Of a DNA stretch of 33,184 nt, positions 11,275 to 22,100 are shown piece by piece. Origin of the DNA: Isurus oxyrinchus (lineage: Eukaryota); assembly GCA_026770705.1 (NCBI GenBank), contig JANJGN010000646.1, positions 310,001 through 343,184 on the forward strand. Reading direction: 5' to 3'. Below the pieces are notes generated by a model. The model made no database searches and was not told where the DNA came from. It saw nothing but the letters and a program-made list of their open reading frames with translations. The stretch's first letter is position 1, and every line of letters begins with the position of its first letter. The translations under genes and the position numbers were made by a program.

Positions 11275-11710
11275 CCGTTCATGTGGAACAGGCTTGAGTG
11301 GCTGAATGGAACCCCAATTGTTCCTGTGTAACAAGCTTGTGGAGGCTGAATGGGTCTCCTGTACCTGTGTAACAGGCTCAAGGGGACAGAATGGGCCTCC
11401 TCCTGTTCCTGTGTAACAGGCTCGAGGAGGGTGAATGGGCCTCCTCCTGTTCCTGTGTAACAGGCTCAAGGGGACAGAATGGGCCTCCTCCTGTTCCTGT
11501 GTAACAGGCTCAAGGGGACAGAATGGGCCTCCTCCTGTTCCTGTGTAACCGGATCGAGGAGGGTGAATGGGCCTCCTCCTGTTCCTGTGTAACAGGTTCA
11601 AGGGGACAGAATGGGCCTCCTCCTGTTCCTGTGTAACTGGCTCAGGGGGACAGAATGGGCCTCCTCCTGTTCCTGTGTAACAGGCTCGAGGGGCTGAATG
11701 TCCTCCTCTC
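11275..11710 (+). repeat. Continuation of the 43-44-bp minisatellite (also 11935-11990 and 24050-24190)
   Basis: Same tandem unit. Confidence 0.88.
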
Positions 11711-11714
11711 ATTA

Positions 11715-11930
11715 AAAATAAATACTGCAGATGCTGTAAATCTGAAATAAAAACAGAAAATGCTGCATTAACTCAGCAGGTCTGGCAGCAGCTGTGGAGA
11801 GAGAAACAGAGTTTTTGCTTTGAGACTCTGAAGAAGGGTCATACGGACTCGAAATGTTATTTCTGTTTATCTGTGCACAGATGCTGCCAGACCTACTCAG
11901 TTTCTCCAGCATTTTCTGTTTTTATTTCAG
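11715..11930. mobile_element. Penelope-derived inverted-repeat (hairpin) element
   Basis: Arm CTGAAATAAAAACAGAAAATGCTG...AGGTCTGGCAGC is reverse-complementary to GCTGCCAGACCT...CAGCATTTTCTGTTTTTATTTCAG. Confidence 0.7.
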
Positions 11931-13043
11931 GTGCCCTCTTGTTCCTGTGTAGCAGGCTCGAGGGGGCTGAATGGCCTCCTCCTGTTCCGAGTCAATGGGC
12001 AGTCAAAGCATGTGTCTGATTTTGGACCTCGAACCCAAATCTGTCCTCACCTCATTAACAGAGAAAATGACCAGTTACAGATCAATGCAGGAGGATTATT
12101 TATTTTCCCAATCTTTGAATCAAGTATCTCATCAAACACAGAGCGGAACCAGGATCGAGGATGTTGGTCTCTGTAATCTGTAACACATCGCACAGTCCAC
12201 CCATCCACTCAGCCTTCAGGATAGATGCTAATTGTACTCTCCAAGTGTGAAAGACTAAAATGGTGGTTTATTGCAGCTATATCTCATTCTGTTATCAAAG
12301 CTGTCTCATCCATCCATGACATATTGAAGAAGGTAAACCTGCAAACAATTTTTCACATCATAGTTTTCAATGTTCATTGGCAACATCAATGTAAACATGT
12401 CACGCTGAAATGATGTCCTCCCACCAGTGGTGGCACTGTAGCACATCTGTTAACCTCTGAGCTGCAGAGAAGTTCTCAAATCTCCAAACAAATTGTTTCC
12501 CTGTTTCCCAGATTCTTGTTTGTTTCGCTGTTTAACGATGAAGTGTAAAATCCAAATATATATCTGAAAATACATTTGACTACAAAATGGTGAGTAAATT
12601 TTACCAATCTCCTCTGCTCCAATTATCCACCGATCCTGCATTTCCTGAAGTCTACACTGGCTGATGAATATTCTGTAAACACTGACAGACAGGAAGGTGA
12701 ATAACAGAATGAAAATTAACTCAATCACGGACACGGGATTGAATTTGTCCGTTCTGTCCTGGTACATCATCGAACGATATCTAAAGACATTTACAATCAG
12801 AATGGAGAGAAGGATGTTTCCAACTGTGAGGGACAATTCTGAAGGAGGATGTTCGAATTGAAACCCACAGACAATCATCCTGGATAGATCATTCCGAAGA
12901 AATTCCATCAGATTGTAACAAGAGGTTTAAATCTATTTCCTGGGAGTGAGTTCCTGTGGATATTAGGAAGGTAAATTGGAGTTTTGAATGATTCTCCCAT
13001 TCTGTATTCTCCCCACACTGTGTGTGTCTCATTCTTGCTCAGT

Positions 13044-13160
13044 TTATAAATTCCCATAAACAGAATCCTCAGCAAAATCACAGTTTGCGTAAAGATCATC
13101 ATCTGTATCAGGATTGACTCCACGGTTAGATTTCATTTCCAGAACCTTCTCATCTTTCTT
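13044..13160 (-). CDS. Gene A terminal cytoplasmic exon (KKDEKVLEMKSNRGVNPDTDDDLYANCDFAEDSVYGNL*)
   Basis: TCTATTACAG|AAG acceptor, 38 aa then TAA at 13044-13046. Has two Tyr motifs, ending with SVYGNL. A candidate AATAAA lies at 12267-12272 (minus strand). Confidence 0.8.
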   Translation of the reverse strand, partial: KKDEKVLEMKSNRGVNPDTDDDLYANCDFAEDSVYGNL

Positions 13161-16100
13161 CTGTAATAGAAACAGAAATGATCAGAGTGACAATCAGAGT
13201 GATCAGTTTAGTATTATTGATCCAAATCGAAAATTCCACCCACAATACATACATTAATTATTGATACTGAATGCGGTTTGATTATTGATTCTGAACGGGG
13301 TTTGATAATTGATTCTGAACGGGGTTTGATTATTGATTCTGAACGGGGTTTGATTATTGATACTGAAGAGGGTTTGATTATTGATACTGAACGGGGTTTG
13401 ATTATTGATACTGAACGGGGTTTGATTATTGATTCTGAACGGGGTTTGATTATTGATTCTGAACGGGGTTTGATTATTGATACTGAACGGGGTTTGATTA
13501 TTGATACTGCACGTGGTTTGATTATTGATTGTGAATGGGGTTTGATTATTGATACTGAACGGGGTTTGATAATTGATTCTGAAGAGGGTTTGATTATTGA
13601 TACTGAACGGGGTTTGATTATTGATTCTGAACGGGGTTTGATAATTGATACTGAACGTGGTTTGATTATTGATTCTGAACGGGGTTTGAATATTGATTCT
13701 GAATGGGGTTTGATTATTGATACTGAACGGGGTTTGATTATTGATTCTGAATGGGGTTTGATTATTGATACTGAACGGGGTTTGATTATTGATTCTGAAC
13801 GGGGTTTGATTATTGATTCTGAACGAGGTTTGATTATTAATTCTGAACGGGGTTTGCTTATTGATTCTGAATGGGGTTTGAATATTTATACTGAACGGGG
13901 TTTGATTATTGATGCTAAATGGGGTTTGAATATTGATTCTGAATGGGGTTTGATTATTGATACTGAACGGGGTTTGATTATTGATTCTGAATGGGGTTTG
14001 ATTATTGATACTGAACGGGGTTTGATTATTGATTCTGAACGGGGTTTGATTATTGATACTGAACGGGGTTTGATTATTGATACTGAACGGGGTTTGATTA
14101 TTGATTCTGAATGGGGTTTGATTATTGATACTGAACGGGGTTTGATTATTGATTCTGAACGGGGTTTGATTATTGATACTGAACGGGGTTTGATTATTGA
14201 TACTGAACGGGGTTGATTATTGATTCTGAACGGGGTTGATTATTGATTCTGAACGGGGTTTGATTATTGATTCTGAACGGAGTTTAATTATTGATACTGA
14301 ACGGGGTTGATTATTGATTCTGAACGGGGTTTGATTATTGATTCTGAACGGGGTTTGATTATTGATTCTGATCGGGGTTTGATTATTGATTCTGAATGGT
14401 GTTGGGTGTGAGTTTGGTTGGGTTTGGGAGTGACTGTATAAAACATTGCAGATACAGGACTGGAGCAGCCATATCAATAACCAGGCTACTGGAGCAGCTG
14501 TGAGGCTGGGGATCCTGTGGTGTGTGACTCACCTGATTCCTCAAAGCCCAACCACGCTCACAGTTTTCATAAACAGGACCTTGATATTCATCAACACGAT
14601 GGTTCGATTTGATTCCTGCTTTCCCCTCGCCTCTCTTCTGTAATAGAGATGGAAATGGACAGAGTGACAATCAACATGATGTGTATTCGGTGTTGGGTTT
14701 GATTATTGGGGAGAGAGTTCCAGATTTCCACTCCCCTTTGTGTGAAGAAGTGCTTCCTGACATCACCCCTGAACGGCCTGGCTCCAATCTGAAGTTCCGG
14801 CCCCCTTGTTCTGGACTCCACCCGACCCCCACCAACCACCCCCACCCGAGGGAATAGCTTCTCTCTGTCGACCCTATCGAGTCTTTAATCAGTTTGAATC
14901 CCTCAGTTAGATCACTCCTTAATCTTCTAGACCTGAGGGAATATAATCGTAGACTGTGTGTAACCTGTCTGCATAATTTAACCAGGAAGATGTTCTGTAC
15001 AACACACTTGAGTCTCACACCCAAATCTCAATAATCAGTAGAAATCTTTCAAAGGCATCAGTCATTGGAATCTGTCTTTATAAAGTCACAACATCAACAA
15101 AGGACGGTGTTGGTGGTGGAAGTGAATTCCAATCGTTCCGTTACTTACCCAGTACCTGTCCGACTGCTCGCCTGGGGAGGAACTGCCCACACGCTCTGCT
15201 TGGGCTGAATGACCTCTTCCTGTGCTGCTCCCTCTGTGTATTTAATGAGAAAGGGTTGATGTGTCACTGTGAGTCAAATCAGGAATTGGGGAACAATTGT
15301 GAAAACCCTTTCATTGAAATGTAGGGCCTTAGTGTTGTGTTGTAAGCAAACTGTTAACCCTTTGTGTCCTGACTCTGTGACGTGATTCCTGTGTAAAGCT
15401 GAACAGTCGTTGAGCAAGTTTCATTTCACTGCTCACTCCAGGTGTTGAGGTGGATCTTCTGAAGGAGCAGATGTTGCTCAGCACTCCTTAAAAATGTGAG
15501 ATACTGAACATTGTGTAAGAGGACGAGAGAGAGAATGAGAAGGAGAGCATTAGTGGAGATTGGAGAGAGAGTGAATGAGAGAGAGAGAGAATGAGAAGGC
15601 CAGCATTAGTGGAGATAAGAGAGAGTGAATGAAACATGCAAAATCGAAAGAGATTGCATTCACTAACAAAAGGAAGGTTTTCATTTGTATAGCAGCTTTC
15701 ACAACCTCAGGAAGTCACAAGGTATTTTATGGTCCGGGTCAACACTGCCAGTTACAGGACTGAGTTGTGAAACAGTGAGTGTTGGATGAGATGTTAAACA
15801 GTGAGTGAACATCAAAGCTCTTCAGGGGCTGTGAAGGGTTTTGGGTTGGAAAAGTTGCTATAGAAATGCAACTTCTTTCTATAAGGAGAGAACGTTGAAG
15901 AAAACATGTTCAAAAACAACCAATTAAAGCTTCACACTTACTTTCTCACACACTTGAAGATGAAGAATCCACTCAGTCCAACACTCAAACAGATTCCAGC
16001 TCCAAGCAATCCTGCTTTCCATTCATTGGAATCTCGCCCTGTAAAATCAGCCAATGAGTGACTCCGGTACAGTTTGAGAATGGTTCCCTGTGTCCATGTA

Positions 16101-19100
16101 GTAATTCTGAACTTGTGAAGTGATATTGTCTGTGCATGAAAGGTCTATACAAATAACATATAGCTATGTAATATTTATTGATAATATCCATGTACATGCA
16201 GGTTTCTATAAGGAGGATTCACATATAACAGAGGTGCCAAGCTGCTGAGGTGACACACAGGACTACATACACGCCAAACAGCGGAAACAACATGCTATAG
16301 ACAGAGCAAAGCGATCCCACAACCAACGGGTCAGATCTAAGCTCTGCATACCTGCCACATCCAGTCATGAATGGTGATGGACAATTAAAGATCTAACAGG
16401 AGGAGGATGCTCCACAAATATCCCCATCCTTAATGATGGGGGAGCTCAGCACATCAGTGCAAACGACAAGGCTGAAGCATTGGCAACCATGTTCAGCCAG
16501 AAGTGCTGAGTGGATGCTCCATCTCGGCCTCCTCCAGAGGGTCCCAGCATCACAGATGTCAGCTTTCAGACAATTCGATTGACTCCACGTGACATCAGGA
16601 ATCAGCTGATGATACTGGATACAGCAAAGGCTATTGGCCCTGGCAACATCCCGGCAACAGGAAATAGTGTGGCTACAAATGCGGGTAAGAGGCTGGGAAC
16701 TCTGCGGTTCCCCAAAGCCTGTCCACCATCGGACAAGGCACAAGTCAGGAGTGTGATGGAATAATCTCCACTTGGCTGGATAAGTGCAGCTCCAACAACA
16801 CTCAAGAAGCTCGACACCATCCAGGAGCAGCTTGTTTGATCGACAGCCCATCCACCAGCATAAACATTCATACCCTCCACCACTGGCACACAATGGCAGC
16901 AATGTGCACCATCTACAAGATGCACTGCAGCAACTCACCAAGGCTCCTTCGACAGCACCTTCCAAACCGTTAACCTCTTCCACCAAGACAGTTCCAAGTC
17001 AGTGAGGTGTGTGATTTGCAAGTGAACTTGAGGTGGTGGTCTGCCCTGGGACTTGGAAATATATCGGCCGTTCCTTCACCGTCGCTGGGTCAAAATCCTG
17101 GAACTCCCTCCCTAACAGCACTGTGGGTGTGCCTACACCACATGGACTGCAGTGGTTAAAGAAGGCAGCTCATCACCACCTTCTCAAGGGGCAGTTACAG
17201 ATGGGCAATGATTTCTGGTCTTGTCAACACTACCCACATCCCATGAGCTAATAAAAGCAGAATGTTTATGAACCCCTCCACTGCTCCATGTTCATTCTCT
17301 GCCACACACTGATAGTCTCCAGTGTCCCTGGATGTAACATGAGGAATCACCAACCACAGCTCATTGTTGGAACTTGTTCTGTTCATTGGGACATTAAGAT
17401 GTCGCCACGTCAGGTTAGAAGCTGGGAAGCTCTCGACAGAGCAGATTATCACTGCAGAATTCCCCTCAATTATATTGATCCATGAAGTGTTAATCATATC
17501 ATGAAAAGTAATTGAGAGATTCTGTGGTGCATCTAAAAACAAATAAAGATCAGTTACTTACATTGACTGTGAAGCACTTTCAGAGACCCTGACAATGTTA
17601 CAGGTGTAATATCAATCCTTCACCACAAAGCACATAATTCAGGCAGACTCTTCAGTTCAGTACTGAGGGAGTGCTGCACTGTTGGAGGGTCAGTACTGAG
17701 GGAGTGCTGCCCTGTTGGAGGGTCAGTACTGAGGGAGTGCTGCACTGTTGGAGGGTGAGTACTGAGGACCTGCTGTACTGATGGTGGGTGGGTACTGTGA
17801 AAGCTTCACTGCCGCATAGTCAGTACTGAGTGAGTACTTCACTGTCGGAGGGTCAGCACTGAGGGAGTGCTGCACTGTTGGAGGGTCAGTATTGAGGCAG
17901 TGCTGCACTGTTGGAGGGTCAGTACTGAGGGAATGCTGCACTGTCGGAGGGTCAGTACTGGAAGAGTGCTGCATTGTCGGAGCGTCAGTAATTAGGGATC
18001 TCTGCACTGTTGGAGGGTCAGTACTGAGGGAATGCTGCACTGTCGGAGGGTCAGTACTGGAAGAGTGCTGCACTGTCGGAGGGTCAGTAATTAGGGAGCT
18101 CTGCACTGTTGGAGGGTGATAAGACCATAAGACCACAAGACGTCAGAGCAGAAGGAGGCCATTCGGCCAATCAACTCTGCTCCGCCATTCAATGACACCA
18201 TGGCTGATCTGACAATCCTCAACTCCACTTTCCTGCCTCTTCCCCATAGCCTTTGATTCCCTGACTGATTAAAAAACTGTGTATCTCAGCCTTGAATATA
18301 ATTAATGACCCAGCCTCTGCAGCTCTCTGCAGTAAAGAATTCCACACATTCACTACCCTCTGAGAGAAGAAACTCCTCATCTCTGTCTTAAATGGGTGAC
18401 CCCTTACTCTGAGATTATGCCCTCTGGTCCTAGACTCTCCCACAAGGGGAAACAACCTCTCAGCATCTACCCTGTCAAGCACCCTAAGAATCTTATATGT
18501 TTCAATAAGGTCAGCTCTCATTCTCCTAAACTCCAATGAGTACAGGCCCATCCTACTCAACCTCTCCTCATATGAAAATCCCTCATTTCTGGGATCAACC
18601 TAGTGAACCTTCTCTGGACTGCCTCCAATGCCAGTACATCTTTCCTTAGATAAGGGAACCAAAACTGCTCACAGTATTCTAGGTGTGGTCTAACTAGTGC
18701 CTTGTATAGTTTTAACAAGACTTCCCTATTTTTATACTCCATTCCCTTTGAAATAAAGGCCAACATTCCAAATACTATGTGCATTTAAGTAAAGAGCCAT
18801 TAATTTTGTCTTTTTATCATTTCCCCCCCTCTGACACTATTTGCTGATGTATTTTTATGTTTGGACACTGTGTCCCTTCCTGTCACACACTGGGTATCGT
18901 TGCCAAAACAGCTATCCTGCAATGCTAATAAATCCTTTTGGTTTGTAACTGTACATATACCCTCTCCAGAAACATTCGCCCCACACTCTATTTAGTTTAA
19001 AGCCAATAGTGAGGTAGTGCAGCACTGTCAAAGGGTCAGTACTGAGGGAGTGCTGCATGTGGGAGGGTCAGTACTGAGGGAGTGCTGCATGTGCGAGGGT

Positions 19101-22100
19101 CAGTACTGAGGGAATGCTGCATGTGGGAGGGTCAGTACTGAGGGAGTGCTGCACTGTGGGAGGGTCAGTACTGAGGGAGTGCTGCATGTGGGAGGGTCAG
19201 TACTGAGGGAGTGCTGCAGGTGGGAGGATCAGTACTGAGGGAGTGCTGCACTGTCAGAGGTTCAGTACTGTGGAAGTGCTGCACTGTGGGCGGGGGGAGA
19301 TTCAGAACTGTGGAAGTACTGCACTGTTTGAAGGTCTTGACCGAGGATCTGCTTTTTTTTCAGAGGGTCAGTCAGGAGGGAGATATGAAATGTTGGATTT
19401 TCAGTCCTGAGGGAGCACTGCAGAGTTGGAGGGTCAGCAGTGAAGGAGTGCTGCACTGTCGGAGAGTCAGTACTGAGGGATTATTTCATTATTGGAGGGT
19501 CAGTACTGAGGCAGTGCTGCACTGTCAGAGGGTCAGTACTGAGGGAGTGCTGCAATGTCAGAGGGTCAGTACTGAGGGAGAGCTGCAATTTCAGCAGGTC
19601 AGTACTGAGGGAGTGCTGCACTGTCAGAGGGTCAGTACTGAGGGAGTGCTACACTGTCAGAGGGTCAGAGCTGAGGGAGTTCTGCACTGTTGGAGGGTCA
19701 GTACTGAGTGATTGCTGCACTATTGGAGGATCAGTACTGAGGGAGTGCTGCACTGTCAGGCGGTCAGTACTGAGGGAGTGCTGCACTGTCAGGCGGTCAG
19801 TACTGAGGGAGTGCTGCACTGTCAGGAGGTTAGTATATTGTGAGTGATGCTCTGTTCTATCAGCTTCTTGGCTGGAAAAAAAAGCTCCAGTGTTAATGTT
19901 CAGAAACTGTCATTAACTGTTTTCTGGTCAGTGTTTTTCCGTAAACTACAGATGATCTGGTTCTCATCAGAATACCTTTCTATGGGATCCTGCTGTGCAT
20001 AATCTAGACTGTTCCAGCGAATGTATAATGAAGGATGTCCATACTTACCTTGCACAGTTAGTACGAGGGTCTGCTCCGATGAAACAGATGGATATCTCAC
20101 TCTGCAGCTGAGAGTGTGTCCATGGTGTTTGAGTGATGGGATCAGGGTCAGAACAGAAGTATAGGTGAGAGTGACACCATGCTGAGTTACAGTGTTTGAG
20201 ACTGATCCAGGTACGTCAGTGGGAGTGTCCCAGGTTAAGACAGGTGCTGCTGTTCCATTGCACGTTGTGTTGAAGGTGCAGCTTACATCCACACGCTTTC
20301 CTGCAATAATTTCAGCAGGGAATATCGTGGGTTTATCTGTGAAATCTAACAGACAGAGAATGGATCCTTTTAGAGAAATATAACGTGAAGCATCAGTTCA
20401 AATAGAAATCACAATCCTACAAGAGAAAGCACTTTTACAAGCATGATATCAGAACTGAGAGGTTACAATGATCAGGAAATTATTTTATACAGGATTAGAG
20501 AGATCGATGAGAGTGGATAACCTGATAACTTTGATGGACACAGTCAATACATTTAATCATTGATATTAAAGTGAGTATTAGAGGTTGCTTTAGGACTGAA
20601 CTGGAAGCTATCACCAGGTTATTGAGAATCAGACAGTGTGTTATAATAAGCTGTGTTTTGTGTTAATATGTAAACGTCACAGTTTGTGTTAATTCCCATT
20701 GAGTGTTGAATGTGAATTGTTGAGTAATTATAACACAGCACTTACCAGAAATGTGAAGCTGGGTTACAGGATAGTAGCTGTAACTATTTCTGCTGTCAAA
20801 TTCTATTCTGAAAAAATAAGGTCCTGCATCTTCCCGTCTGATGTTGTTTATAATCAGGGAACAGTCGCCATCTTTCAGGTCTCCAGACAGCCGGGTCCGA
20901 TGGTGGAACCGTGGTAACTCGTGACTGTGATCCTTGGAGTGAAAGGCTATGGGAGATCCAGGAATCTGATTCTCGTTATTAAACCAGACTCCGACTCGTG
21001 GTCGGCTTTCCAAAGGTGATGGATAACTGTAATGACATGGAATCTGTACACACGAATCTTCCTGCGCTGTCACCTCTCGTGGAGTGTCACCTTTCCACTC
21101 TTGTGACAGTCCAACTGGGGAGAGAAATATCAATATTTAACTCTGGATGGTTTGTAGATCCACTAGACTCGATATCCACCCCCTCCATCACTGGGGCACT
21201 GTGGCTGCAGTGTGGACCATCTACAGGACACACAGGGATCTCCCCAAGGTTTCACAATGGATGGAAGAGAATCCTGGACACAGGAGTGGACAAGTTCATT
21301 CTACATTGGCTCATGGTCCTCAGGACCCTGTTTAGTGAAACCAGTCTTCCACTCAACACAGTGTCTCCAAGTCATGTGTTTTTCAAATTATCCGTTCATG
21401 GGATGTGCCCAGCATTTATTACCCATCCCATGTCCATCAGAGGCATTTAAGAATCAATTGTATTGCTGTGGGTTTGGAGTGACATGTAGGCCAGACTGGG
21501 TAAGGGTGGAGATTTCCTTCCCTATAGGTGATCAGTGAACCAGGCTTTTTAATCCCATTCATCTGCTGTGATGGGATTTACACCCAGGGCCCCAGAGCAA
21601 CACCCTGGGCCTCTGGAATACTAGCCCAGTGACAATGCCTCTCTGCTACCGCTTCCCCTTAGTGAAGCCAGTCTTCCACCCAACACAGACTCTACAAGAC
21701 CCACCCATTGAGATCCATTCAGTGCTGATTTACAAGACAGGACAATGGATTAGGAGCCCTCAGAACTCCCCCCATTATCACCGTCATGAATCACTAATTA
21801 GCCTAACATTCCTGTCTGCTCTTCAACACAGCTGATTGGCTAATCTGGTTCAATCTGATTGGTGCACTTTGTATCTTCATTGTCTAAGGAATCTCTTTGG
21901 ATCCTCATTGTCTGAGGAATCTCTTTGGATCCTTATTGTTTGAGGAATCACGTTGGACCCTCATTGTCTAAGGAATCTCCTTGGATCCTCATTGTCTGAG
22001 GAATCTCTTTGGATCCTTATTGTTTGAGGAATCACTTTGGACCCTCATTGTCTAAGGAATCTCTTTGGATCCTCATTGTCTGAGGAATCTCTTTGGATCC

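Noticed and set aside
13278-14216. 312-aa ORF of (IIDSERGL)n
   Set aside because: It is the translation of a 24-bp intronic minisatellite on the strand opposite gene A. It has no ATG start and no unique sequence.
19211-19847. Cys-rich (ECCTVGGSVLR)n and (TVQHSLSTDP)n ORFs here and at 1342-2574, 17723-18136 and 26385-26828
   Set aside because: These are translations of the 33-bp SINE-derived minisatellite, not metallothionein, keratin-associated or mucin genes.
20746-21114. Rearranging Ig/TCR V segment
   Set aside because: The exon includes the G strand and ends at a splice donor. I see no heptamer-nonamer RSS at its end and no F-strand YxC. The motifs are Siglec-type.
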